Source: an uncultured Methanosarcinales archaeon (GTDB lineage: Archaea > Nanobdellota > Nanobdellia > Woesearchaeales > JACPIF01). Taken from it: a DNA stretch of 64,000 nucleotides. The notes under the pieces are model-generated. The model searched no databases, had not been told where the DNA came from, and saw only the letters and a list, made by a program, of their open reading frames with translations. The stretch spans positions 88,246 to 152,245 of the forward strand of contig CAZRPY010000001.1 in NCBI GenBank assembly GCA_964602245.1. Reading direction: 5' to 3'. This document shows, in pieces, positions 1 to 9,000 of the stretch. Within the stretch, counting starts at the first letter, position 1. The number at the start of each line of letters is the position of its first letter. Both the position numbers and the translations under genes were made by a program.

Positions 1-281
1 GAGATTCTGGAGCAGGTATTCCTTACAGAAAAACTTTGTTTAGCTATGGCTTTCATGCCTTAGAAGAATCTCAAGAGTTTTTTTATGGTTATAGAGATAT
101 TTGTGCATTTGATTACTATGTTTTTGATAAGATTGGAAGCCAGCAGTCTGTGCCTATTATACAGTTTAACAATATCATTAAGAATATTTATCTCAGGAAT
201 GGGATGAAAGAGGTTTTTAGCAATGAAATTACATCAGTAGTTAAGAATGAAAGGCCAGGAGAAAATTGTCTGGCTGCTTGA
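1..281 (+). CDS. hypothetical protein, C-terminal fragment running off the 5' window edge
   Basis: Open frame from nt 3 with no upstream stop. The track ORF begins at a TTG at 36, which is unlikely to be the real start. Confidence 0.3.
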   Translation, partial: DSGAGIPYRKTLFSYGFHALEESQEFFYGYRDICAFDYYVFDKIGSQQSVPIIQFNNIIKNIYLRNGMKEVFSNEITSVVKNERPGENCLAA

Positions 282-284
282 AAA

Positions 285-647
285 ATGGATGAAGAAATAA
301 TCAAGAAGATGAAAAATGAAAGCTTATGGTTATTGATTTTAATAGTATTGTCTATATTAGTTTTTAAGGTATTATTTTATAAGGAATCTATTCTAGTAGT
401 TATTAGAACTGTGCTAGCTATTACTTGGTTGTTTGTTTTGCCGGGATTCTTAGCATTGTATTATTGGCATGATAAGCTGGAGTTTACAGAAAGATTAATT
501 GCAGGAGCGGCTTTAAGCACTGCCTTAGTTGCTATACCTAGCTATTATCTTGGATTACTAGGATTGAATATAAAGTATCACGGCATAATATTGCCTTTGG
601 CTATAATTGTTGTGGGAGTTTTAATATTAATGAGGAAGAAAAGTTAG
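285..647 (+). CDS. small polytopic membrane protein, hypothetical
   Basis: 120 aa, ATG start, 3-4 hydrophobic helices. Confidence 0.4.
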   Translation: MDEEIIKKMKNESLWLLILIVLSILVFKVLFYKESILVVIRTVLAITWLFVLPGFLALYYWHDKLEFTERLIAGAALSTALVAIPSYYLGLLGLNIKYHGIILPLAIIVVGVLILMRKKS

Positions 648-807
648 AAAGATTGGTTAATAGTAATTATACTCAACCACAAAGATTATTAGGGATAGTT
701 GTGGTTTCGTAATAGTCAACAACAAACAATACATAAACCATAATTACTTTGTTGGTTGACTATAATAGAATATAACTAGTATCTTTGTGAGCAGGTTAGG
801 ATATCTG

Positions 808-881
808 TGCCGTTCTTAATGCAATCATAAAATTGCCGGACATAGCCTGGAATAGTAAGGTTATTAATAACTATGGCATAG
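808..881. repeat. degenerate copy of the 3' end of gene 1756..2241 (matches 1783..1858)
   Basis: About 58 bp nearly identical (3 mismatches), with weaker similarity extending leftward. The copy lies in an intergenic region just downstream of the methyltransferase gene. Confidence 0.6.
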
Positions 882-933
882 TGCTACCTCTAATTATATT
901 TATAGGATCCTTTATGGCTATATGCAAAAAATA

Positions 934-1716
934 TTATACTTTTCTGGCTATTACAATAATGTCATCTGCCAATGGTACTGCAAACTGTCTTCTGTCTATG
1001 AATAAAAACTTGTCATAGAGCTTGAGCAACATGTTCAATTTTTTTGAAGATTTTTTTGACAGTTTTTTGACTACTTCAATATTTGTATTCTGAAATATTT
1101 TTCTAAGCAGCTTTGATGCATAAATCATCGGGAAACCGAAATAATAACGCTTAATCTCTTGCAAATTACTCTGCTCCAATAAATTATTTATACGCTTTAC
1201 TGTGTACCTGCGATAATGACCGCAGAGTTCGTCTGCTTTACTATACAAATGTGGATGTAAGGGGACATCAATGATAATAATGCCATTTCTCTTAAGCAGT
1301 GACACTAGATGCCTGAGGGCTTTATAATCATCTTTAATGTGCTCAAGCACTTCATAGCAAATAATTATGTCATATTGCTTTCCTGGATTGAATGTTTGCA
1401 GAGGAGTAGTGTAGAACTTAATTTTTCCCCAAAAAGAATTCTTAAATTTCTTTTTTAGAATGTTGATTGCTTTGAAAGATGGATCAACAGCGTCTACTAT
1501 AAATCCTTGCTTTAACAGAACTGTGGTGATATGGCCCGTGCCGCAGCCAATGTCTAGAGCATATTTTCCTGTGCCACTGAACTGAGCAATAATATCTGAT
1601 TGAAATTTTTTTCTTATTCGGAAAGTTGGCTCATAGATATGAGTATGCTCATCCTCAAGACGCTCATGAAATTTGTCATAGTAGTTTTTAATATTGATAT
1701 TCTTTTTATTAAACAT
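934..1716 (-). CDS. class I SAM-dependent methyltransferase
   Basis: DIGCGTGHIT glycine-rich SAM motif; 260 aa Methyltransf_11/23-like. Confidence 0.8.
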   Translation of the reverse strand: MFNKKNINIKNYYDKFHERLEDEHTHIYEPTFRIRKKFQSDIIAQFSGTGKYALDIGCGTGHITTVLLKQGFIVDAVDPSFKAINILKKKFKNSFWGKIKFYTTPLQTFNPGKQYDIIICYEVLEHIKDDYKALRHLVSLLKRNGIIIIDVPLHPHLYSKADELCGHYRRYTVKRINNLLEQSNLQEIKRYYFGFPMIYASKLLRKIFQNTNIEVVKKLSKKSSKKLNMLLKLYDKFLFIDRRQFAVPLADDIIVIARKV

Positions 1717-1755
1717 GAGATGGAGTATTCTTAAATGTTATTTAAATCTTTTGAG

Positions 1756-2241
1756 TTAATATTTTTGCCCACAACTTAGAGTATCAGTTCCATTCTTTAC
1801 ACATTCATAAAATTGCTGGACATAAGCTGGAATAGTAAGGTTATTAATAACTATGGCATAAGCTAAAAACCAGAGAATTAGACCAATTGCTACAAGAGTT
1901 AGGATAATGTATAATTGCTTTCTTGTAGCTTGATAGAAATGGAATGCTATTGTTATGCAAATGATTAATGCTAGAGATATCGCCATTCCTATTCTTATGG
2001 AGCCTATAAGCAAAGAGAGCCAATATGTATAAGTAGAAAATATGCCAATGCTAAATATTGCTGAGAAGATAAGTTTCTCTACTGTTTCTAGATCAAAATT
2101 GTGTAGTAGCATGTAAAATGCAAATGATACTAGAGTAAACCAAAGCAGCATTATAACAGATGAGAAGCCAAAGTAGATGAAAAGCAGAACTGCTAGAAAG
2201 ATTGCTATTACTGGTAGTAATATCTTAGTTTCTAGTTTCAA
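1756..2241 (-). CDS. polytopic membrane protein, hypothetical
   Basis: 161 aa, 4 TM helices. Overlaps the upstream 526-aa membrane protein by 17 nt and may be functionally linked to it. Confidence 0.45.
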   Translation of the reverse strand: MKLETKILLPVIAIFLAVLLFIYFGFSSVIMLLWFTLVSFAFYMLLHNFDLETVEKLIFSAIFSIGIFSTYTYWLSLLIGSIRIGMAISLALIICITIAFHFYQATRKQLYIILTLVAIGLILWFLAYAIVINNLTIPAYVQQFYECVKNGTDTLSCGQKY

Positions 2242-3805
2242 GTTTATACACCCTTACAAGATCTTTATCATAGACAAGTGTTGCATTCTTTAAGTTATCT
2301 TGCTCCCATCTCTGTAGTGCATCTATTTCTGCCTTAAACCTTGAATCTTGCTGGCTTAATATTACGAAATCTGAGTAATCCAGCAAGACATAATCATGAT
2401 TACTTGTTATATCGTTTCTGACCCAGTCAATATGTCTTAAGCTTAAAGCTTGTATCCATTTCTTTTTAGTATAAACTACTGTCCCTTTTATCAGTATATC
2501 TGAATCTTCTGGAACATTCTTGTTCAGCCATTCCACTACTTGATATTCAAAAGGGGTTAGCCTTAGAATTCCTGTGTAAGCATTATTTAATGTGGAGTAA
2601 GAATTCTTTGCATTAATGGAGACAGCAATTAATAGGAAAACAGCTACAAGGAAATATTTCGCATATTTTTTAAAGTCTTGATTAAAATTGAATAAAGATG
2701 TTATTCCTAACAAGCCTAGAACTGCAACTGGGTAAAGGATATGTGCTTCTGTTTCAATAAACCTTTCTGCCCTAAACAGGCCAAAAACAAAGTCATGGCT
2801 CATAATGTAGAATGCTATTAGCCAACTAATTAGCAATAAATCTTCAGTTTTCCTTCTAAGTATAAGGAAAAGAATTCCTATTAGAAATAAAGGCAGAAGC
2901 CATGGAAACTTAAAATTTCCTAGGCTAATGAAGCCATGCATTTCATTAAAAGAGTAATAAGAATAAGGAACGCCAACTGGTTTAAGAACACCATACCAAT
3001 GAGGGAGGCTGTTTAAATGCTCAGGGTGGAAGCCAAAACCTGAACTGACAGCTCCAGTATAAATAGTACCTGTGCCAAAAGGAAATACATAAAATGGTAA
3101 AATTAACAGGAATGCAAGTGCTATGAAAATACTTATATCTTTGAGCTTAAGTGGAAGCTTCTTTTTCTTTAGATAAAATAAGACTGTAAAGATTGCTGTG
3201 ATTAAGAATGCTAGAATAATTGATTGAGGATGGATATAGAACTGGGTGGCAAGAAATATTGCTGCTAAATAAAGATAATGGGTTTTTTCATTATCAGTTA
3301 GGTATCTATAGAAGCAGTAAACAGTTAAAGGAACTATTGCAAATGATAATACTTGAGGATATTGGCCCCAGATATACCAAAGAATGTCTCTTATTGAGAA
3401 AATTAACAGGAAACTTGAGAGAAAGGCTGCTAGAGTGCCATATAAGTGCCTTATTAGCAGGAAGCTGGTAAAAACAATGACAAAATTGGAGAGTGCATGG
3501 AATAATAATATTCCTATAGTTCTGTTGGCTGAGAGAATTTGGTAGATGGCTGAGGTTAAATGAAACTGTGGAGGATACCATAGCTTGCCAGCTCCTTCAT
3601 CAACATAGCCGCCTGCAGCAATATAATAAGGCAGATAATAAGTAGCCTTATCTTTCTGGCCCATGTAATCTGCCAGAGTGAAATGTGTGCTGGAATCTAC
3701 ATCACCATATGGAACTAAATTGGTTTTGAAAGGCAGAGTCCAGAAGTAAAATGAAATAAGAAATAATACTACTAGAAGCAATAATTCAATGTTTTTCTTT
3801 TCCAT
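2225..3805 (-). CDS. large polytopic membrane protein, putative GT-C fold glycosyltransferase or polymerase
   Basis: 526 aa, more than 10 TM segments, acidic residues in the first loop (YGDVDSS). No WWDYG AglB motif. Confidence 0.45.
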   Translation of the reverse strand: MEKKNIELLLLVVLFLISFYFWTLPFKTNLVPYGDVDSSTHFTLADYMGQKDKATYYLPYYIAAGGYVDEGAGKLWYPPQFHLTSAIYQILSANRTIGILLFHALSNFVIVFTSFLLIRHLYGTLAAFLSSFLLIFSIRDILWYIWGQYPQVLSFAIVPLTVYCFYRYLTDNEKTHYLYLAAIFLATQFYIHPQSIILAFLITAIFTVLFYLKKKKLPLKLKDISIFIALAFLLILPFYVFPFGTGTIYTGAVSSGFGFHPEHLNSLPHWYGVLKPVGVPYSYYSFNEMHGFISLGNFKFPWLLPLFLIGILFLILRRKTEDLLLISWLIAFYIMSHDFVFGLFRAERFIETEAHILYPVAVLGLLGITSLFNFNQDFKKYAKYFLVAVFLLIAVSINAKNSYSTLNNAYTGILRLTPFEYQVVEWLNKNVPEDSDILIKGTVVYTKKKWIQALSLRHIDWVRNDITSNHDYVLLDYSDFVILSQQDSRFKAEIDALQRWEQDNLKNATLVYDKDLVRVYKLETRN

Positions 3806-4563
3806 TACTCACCTAAATGTATGTATTCACCATGAGTGAAAAAGCCTGCTAATTGTTTGATTCTTGCTATTTTTGGGAATAAATCCCTTTCTAAAGAGAT
3901 AATATTATTATCTATAAATTCAAAGATTTCTGGCTTAAGGATATAGATGCCTGCATTAACCACATGTGTTTCTTTTTTCTCACTTTTTTCTCTAAAGTCT
4001 ATAACCAAATCTCCATCTAGGATGGCTGAGCCGTATTCCGAGGGCTTTTCCCTAGTCATTAGGCCCATTGTCATTATTTTATTGTTTTCATTATGCTTCT
4101 TTATCATCTGTTTAATGTTGAAGTTATTATAAATATCTCCTGACATTGCAATAAAGGCTTTGCCTTTAAGTTTATCTGCAAGTGCTTTTAAAGCCTGTGC
4201 ATTGCCCTTTGCCTCTTTTTCTATAACTCTAAAGTTAACTTTTTCCTTGCCTGCTTCCTGTTCAATCTTTTCAACTAAATTACTGTGCTGTGTTACAAGG
4301 AAGATATTGGTTATGTTATTTGCTGCAAAGAAAGATAATTGATGCCTGATTAATGATTGGCCTTTAAATTCTTTTAATGCTATACTATGGTGTCTTCTGC
4401 TAAGCAATAGAACTGCAGTGTCAACTGCAAACTCACCAATGCCTTTAGATAAGAAATATTCAATAGCCTGAGATCTAGATCTTATTGTGCTGTTATCTAT
4501 TCTTGAATCTACTAAGTCTAATAGCTCTTTATCAATTGAAATTGCTATCTTTAGCTTTTTCAT
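3805..4563 (-). CDS. ribbon-helix-helix DNA-binding domain fused to a sugar-phosphate nucleotidyltransferase-like domain
   Basis: N-terminal RSRSQAIEYFL CopG/RHH signature, then an NTP_transferase-like fold. The Gly-rich loop is degenerate (AVLLLSRR instead of LAGGxGxRL). Confidence 0.6.
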   Translation of the reverse strand: MKKLKIAISIDKELLDLVDSRIDNSTIRSRSQAIEYFLSKGIGEFAVDTAVLLLSRRHHSIALKEFKGQSLIRHQLSFFAANNITNIFLVTQHSNLVEKIEQEAGKEKVNFRVIEKEAKGNAQALKALADKLKGKAFIAMSGDIYNNFNIKQMIKKHNENNKIMTMGLMTREKPSEYGSAILDGDLVIDFREKSEKKETHVVNAGIYILKPEIFEFIDNNIISLERDLFPKIARIKQLAGFFTHGEYIHLGE

Positions 4564-4574
4564 ACCTTTGCATA

Positions 4575-4590
4575 CCCCTATTAGTAGGGG
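4575..4590. promoter_or_regulatory. palindrome cccctattagtagggg immediately upstream of the RHH-NTase start
   Basis: 6-bp arms, 4-nt spacer, 12-27 nt upstream of the start codon at 4563. Confidence 0.3.
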
Positions 4591-4734
4591 ATAGAAGAGG
4601 GTATATAAAGGTTATTCTAAATAAATTCAATAGATTGTACAGAGGATAAAGTTACCTTGATTAATCTATCACTTGAATCATAGTAGTAGTTCTTCTTAAA
4701 GAATCGTACCTAAATCGAAAGATTTATATATCAA

Positions 4735-5031
4735 TTGATATATTATACTATTATGCAAAAGCTAATAAGAAAGAATCCATTTGTAAGATCGCCAACTTTA
4801 GAAACAGTGATTATGGTAGAGAAAGCTATTGATAAATATAGTGGTGAATTTAATAGAACTGAGTTATGGAAAAAACTTCCTAGAAAAGTAATGTGGCAGA
4901 CTTACCTTGTTATTCTTGATTATCTGCAGGATATAAATAAAATCGCAATTGATAGAGAGGGAAAGGTAGGCTATATATGGAATCCAGCACTTGCAAGGAA
5001 GCTTGCCAAAAGAAAGGAGATTAAGGTATGA
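4735..5031 (+). CDS. hypothetical protein, candidate antitoxin partner
   Basis: 4-nt ATGA overlap with the downstream RelE-like ORF. The track start is a TTG; the ATG at 4753 is preceded by a TATA-like box (tttatata, 4723-4730) and is the more likely start. Confidence 0.35.
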   Translation: MIYYTIMQKLIRKNPFVRSPTLETVIMVEKAIDKYSGEFNRTELWKKLPRKVMWQTYLVILDYLQDINKIAIDREGKVGYIWNPALARKLAKRKEIKV

Positions 5032-5354
5032 TTAAGCCTTCTAAAGTGATATTTATCTCTCAGAAATTGGAGAATAGTTTTAATGCTCTACCAAGTAATG
5101 ACTTTCTTAAGAAGTCCATGATCCGGGCAATTAAGGACCTAAAACAAAATGCTTTTGCAGGCGTACATGTTCCAAAAAGGTTAATCCCAAAAGAATACAT
5201 ACAGAAATATGGCATTAATAACCTTTGGAAGTATGATTTGCCTAAAGGATGGCGTCTTTTATATACAGTAACCAGTGAAAATGAAGTTGAACTAATTTCT
5301 GCAATACTTGATTGGTTTGACCATAAGGAATATGAACGGAAATTTAAATATTAA
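5028..5354 (+). CDS. RelE/ParE-family toxin-like protein
   Basis: C-terminal LWKYDLPKGWRLLYTVTSENEVELISAIL...HKEY matches the RelE/YoeB pattern LWKLR..YRvvYrv.de..l.v..v.hRkdvY. Confidence 0.5.
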   Translation: MIKPSKVIFISQKLENSFNALPSNDFLKKSMIRAIKDLKQNAFAGVHVPKRLIPKEYIQKYGINNLWKYDLPKGWRLLYTVTSENEVELISAILDWFDHKEYERKFKY

Positions 5355-5548
5355 AAATATGGTATGTCGTGCTGCTAGGCGACAGTGACCTATTAAAAAA
5401 GTGTTCTGGTTATTAGTCATTGGGCTTGTTATGCCAGCAGCTTGCTACATCTGATGTTATCTCCAAAAGATGCCATTTAATCTTATTATAATTTCTATCT
5501 TAATTAAATTTTTCCTAATACTTCCGATACATAACTTTTAAATAATAT

Positions 5549-6793
5549 ATGGCAATCTTTCTGGGTATGGATATTGATACTATGAGGAAGATAGATTATT
5601 GGGTAGGGATACCTGTATGCTTCTTTCTATCAATTATACATAATATTGGCAAGCTATTTAGAGGTAAAACTCGGGTAAAGAGTCCTAGGAAGTTCTTGTT
5701 TATGGAGATATCTGAGATGGGTAGCACTATTATTGCTTATTCTGCAATGTATTATATCAAAAAGAAGTATCTTGGAGCACAGCTTTACTTTCTTCTATTT
5801 AAAAGGAATAAAGAAAGCATAGATATCCTGAAAATAGTGCCTCAGGAGAATGTTATAACAATAAGAGATAGTTCTTTTCCAGCGTTAACTATTGATACGT
5901 TAGCAGCTATCTGGAAGCTTAGGAGAGAGAGGATTGATGTTTCATTCGACTTAGAGCTTTTTTCCAGATATTCTGCAATAATAAATTATTTAATAGGAGC
6001 TAAAGCTAGAGTTGGATTTCATAACTTTACAGCAGAAGGGCTTTACCGAGGAAATTTACAAACGCATGATGTAATGTACAATGCTTATTATCACATGAGC
6101 CAGAATTTTATGGCATTAGCTAAGGCATTAGAAGGGCCTGATGAAATACCTTTTCTAAAACAAGCAATAGATAAGAAAGAGGTTAAAGTGCCCAAGATAA
6201 TTAGCGAGAAAAGGGATAGAGAAGCTATAATCAAAAAAATACAGACATTAAATCCTGCAATCAATGAGAAAAAGAGAATAATATTGTTAAATCCCGGGGC
6301 TAGCAAATTGTTGCCATTAAGAGAATGGCCTCTGCAATACTATAAAGAATTGACAAAAAATCTGCTTGAGGATAAGAATAATTTTGTTGTTATAACTGGG
6401 CTTATAGGTGATAAGGCTTATGCACAGGAGATTTGTAAGTTTGCTGGAGATAAATGCCTTGATTTTACAGGAATGACTAAGACATTAAGAGAGTTAATTG
6501 ATTTGTATAATACTGCTGATGTATTAGTAACAAATGATTCAGGGCCTGCACATTTCTCTGCATTATCTGATATTAGAACAATTGTGTTTTATGGTCCTGA
6601 GACTCCTGTGCTATATGCACCTTTAGGAAGTAATTATACTGCTTTGTACTCAGGATTTGCCTGCTCGCCTTGTGTTTCTGCATATAATCATAGAAAAAGT
6701 CCATGCACTAACAACTTATGTTTGCAAGTGATAAAGCCTGAGGTTGTTCTTAAACTTATAAAGGATCATTTTAATGCAAGAGGAGATAAGTAA
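5549..6793 (+). CDS. glycosyltransferase family 9 (heptosyltransferase-like)
   Basis: LNPGASKLLPLREWP and VTNDSGPAHFSAL motifs typical of GT9. Confidence 0.8.
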   Translation: MAIFLGMDIDTMRKIDYWVGIPVCFFLSIIHNIGKLFRGKTRVKSPRKFLFMEISEMGSTIIAYSAMYYIKKKYLGAQLYFLLFKRNKESIDILKIVPQENVITIRDSSFPALTIDTLAAIWKLRRERIDVSFDLELFSRYSAIINYLIGAKARVGFHNFTAEGLYRGNLQTHDVMYNAYYHMSQNFMALAKALEGPDEIPFLKQAIDKKEVKVPKIISEKRDREAIIKKIQTLNPAINEKKRIILLNPGASKLLPLREWPLQYYKELTKNLLEDKNNFVVITGLIGDKAYAQEICKFAGDKCLDFTGMTKTLRELIDLYNTADVLVTNDSGPAHFSALSDIRTIVFYGPETPVLYAPLGSNYTALYSGFACSPCVSAYNHRKSPCTNNLCLQVIKPEVVLKLIKDHFNARGDK

Positions 6794-7892
6794 GATGCTG
6801 GTAAAGATTCTAGGCAGGATAATTAAGCCTAAAAATAAAAAGATTCCTGGAACAGTAAGGAACATACTTATTATTAGATCTGGTGCTTTAGGAGATGTGT
6901 TAATGACAACTCCGTTAATAGCTGCTATAAGAAAGAAGTACAAAAATGCTAAGATAAGTTATCTTGTAGGAGAGTGGTCTTCTATTGCTTTAAAAAATAA
7001 TCCTAATATTAATGAGATAATTGAATTTGATGATAGAATAATATTTCAAAGAAATATGGGAGAGATAATTAAACTAATTAGAAAAATTAGGGCTTTAATA
7101 TTTGATATTTGTTTTATATTAGATAAATCATATCATTGGAATCTTTTTGCATATCTTGCAAAAATACCATTTAGAATTGGGTTTGAGAGGAATGGAGAGG
7201 GGTTAGCTAATAACTTGGATGTTAAGTTTGATGCTAGTAAGCATGAGATTGAATATTATATGGATATTGCAAGGCTAATTGGAGTAAAAAATGCTAGCAA
7301 CGAGATGAAAATATTTACAACAGCGAAAGATAGGAAAAAGGTAAATAAATTCTTTAGGAAAAATAAGTTAATAAATAAGATTGTAATAGGTATTGCTGCT
7401 GGAGGGGCTGAAAATCCTGGACAGGCTATGTATGAAAAGAGATGGACGGTTGAAAAGTATATTGGGTTAACAAATATCTTGACTGAGAATCATAAAATAA
7501 TTGTGTTGCTGTTTGGGGGCAGGAATGATGCTAGTGTTAATAAGCTGATTAAGGAACAATGCTTGCATAAAAATCAAGTGTTAGATATTTCTAACTATAA
7601 CTTACATGAAGCTTTTGAAATGATGAAAAAATGCAGTTTATTTGTAACGCATGATTCTGGAGCAATGCATATTGCAGGAGCTTCCAAGGCTAAGCTAATT
7701 GCTTTATTTGGGCCAACTCAGGCAGAAAGGTTTGCTCCCAAGAATGCTATTATTATTAAGAGTCCTGCTGAAGGATGCCCTTGCTATGATATGTATGGCG
7801 ATTATAATAGGAAAGTTGCTGAGAAGTGTATGAGGGCTATCAGCGTTGATACTGTTTACCAGGAGATTAAGAAAATTATTAAGAATATTTAG
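6774..7892 (+). CDS. glycosyltransferase family 9
   Basis: IRSGALGDVLMTTPLIAAIRKKYKNAKISYLV and VTHDSGAMHIAGA. Overlaps the upstream gene by 20 nt; an alternative ATG sits at 6795. Confidence 0.8.
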   Translation: MQEEISKMLVKILGRIIKPKNKKIPGTVRNILIIRSGALGDVLMTTPLIAAIRKKYKNAKISYLVGEWSSIALKNNPNINEIIEFDDRIIFQRNMGEIIKLIRKIRALIFDICFILDKSYHWNLFAYLAKIPFRIGFERNGEGLANNLDVKFDASKHEIEYYMDIARLIGVKNASNEMKIFTTAKDRKKVNKFFRKNKLINKIVIGIAAGGAENPGQAMYEKRWTVEKYIGLTNILTENHKIIVLLFGGRNDASVNKLIKEQCLHKNQVLDISNYNLHEAFEMMKKCSLFVTHDSGAMHIAGASKAKLIALFGPTQAERFAPKNAIIIKSPAEGCPCYDMYGDYNRKVAEKCMRAISVDTVYQEIKKIIKNI

Positions 7893-9000
7893 AGGGATTA
7901 AATTGTATCAAGTTAACTGGAAGTATAAACCAATTTTGTTTATTATTGATATTATTGGATATGTAATTTTCTTCCCATATAGGATATTTAAAAGTAAAAT
8001 AAATGAAAATGAGATTAAGAAAATTCTAGTTATAAGGATTGATGAGATTGGGGATGTTTTATTGACAACACCTGTGTTCAGGGCTTTAAGGAGGAGGTTT
8101 CCTAAAGCTGAGATAAATGTGCTAATTAAGAAGGAGACTAAAGAACTATTGGAAAATAATCCAAATGTCGATAGCTTACTTATATGTGAACAGCCATGGC
8201 TTAAAAAGCCTATAAACTTGTTTTACTATTTCTCATTAATTAAGCAGTTAAGGAAAGAGAAATTTGATTTGGCAATAGAGCTGCATCCAGATGCTAGGAA
8301 TATTTTTCTAGGGTTTATTTCTGCAAGATGTGTTATAGGGCATACGTTTAGAGGCTTAGGTGTTTTGTTAGATAAAGTTACAAAGAGTAATCCTAATAAT
8401 GAACATATCATACAGCTTAATCTTGATGTTGCAAGATTAGTTAGAGCTAATGCTAGTGATGAATTAGAGGTGTATTATAGCAAAGAGAATGCGCAAAATG
8501 CTAAGAAGTTAGTTAGAAAATTAGGGAAGAAAATTGTTTGCATTAACCCTGGAACAGGAAGAGAGAGTAAGTTATGGCTGAATGAAAGATGGGCAAGATT
8601 AGCTGATGTCTTAATTGAGAAATATAATGTTCAGGTAATATTTACAGGAAGTAAGGAAGAGGAAGGTTTAATAAAAGACATCCAATTGCAAATGAGAAAT
8701 AAAAAGCAGACAATTAATTTAGCTGGAAAAACTAGTTTGTTGGATTTAGCTGCTTTGCTTAAGAAATGTAGATTGTTGATAGCAAGTGATTCAGGAACTT
8801 TACATATTGCAAAAGCTTTAGAAGTTCCATTAATAGGATTATATGGGGCTGTTAATCCTATGATATGGGGATATAATGATAAAAATGCCAGAAGTGTTTG
8901 CAAGGCTAAAGAGTTTAAAGAAAATAAAGGCAGGGCTATGATGGAGCTAATACAAATAGAGGATGTTTTGAAAGAGGTAAATGAATTATGGGAAAGGTAA
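7846..9000 (+). CDS. glycosyltransferase family 9
   Basis: IRIDEIGDVLLTTPVFRALRRRFPKAEINVLI and IASDSGTLHIAKA. No in-frame ATG before the conserved core; TTG candidates at 7846 and 7903. Confidence 0.75.
   Translation: MILFTRRLRKLLRIFRGIKLYQVNWKYKPILFIIDIIGYVIFFPYRIFKSKINENEIKKILVIRIDEIGDVLLTTPVFRALRRRFPKAEINVLIKKETKELLENNPNVDSLLICEQPWLKKPINLFYYFSLIKQLRKEKFDLAIELHPDARNIFLGFISARCVIGHTFRGLGVLLDKVTKSNPNNEHIIQLNLDVARLVRANASDELEVYYSKENAQNAKKLVRKLGKKIVCINPGTGRESKLWLNERWARLADVLIEKYNVQVIFTGSKEEEGLIKDIQLQMRNKKQTINLAGKTSLLDLAALLKKCRLLIASDSGTLHIAKALEVPLIGLYGAVNPMIWGYNDKNARSVCKAKEFKENKGRAMMELIQIEDVLKEVNELWER

Noticed and set aside
36-281. ORF start as given (TTG at 36)
   Set aside because: The frame is open back to the window edge, so this is more likely the C-terminal part of a gene that begins upstream than an 81-aa protein initiating at TTG.
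833-1018. 61-aa plus-strand ORF
   Set aside because: It runs through the relic repeat copy and then antisense to the 3' end of the methyltransferase gene, without independent support.
3220-3581. ORFs 3220..3471 (+) and 3306..3581 (-) inside the 526-aa membrane protein gene
   Set aside because: They are antisense or overlapping frames within a long, well-supported CDS. The same reasoning applies to 3947..4132, 4160..4342, 6091..6306, 8226..8411, 8631..9169, 14512..14763, 15914..16207, 23031..23312, 24773..25006, 27505..27830, 30384..30705, 34332..34604, 36726..36914, 37697..38581 (+ strand), 40105..40467, 47389..47625, 48395..48982, 49704..50090, 50887..51395 (-), 55219..55440, 59202..59399, 61249..61666 (+), 62232..62474 and 62901..63119.
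5355-5548. Short GC-rich stretch gtcgtgctgctaggcgacagtgacc as a possible ncRNA or hairpin
   Set aside because: It forms only a 4-bp stem, and a 53-codon antisense ORF there runs into the RelE-like gene in reverse. There is no support for either reading.
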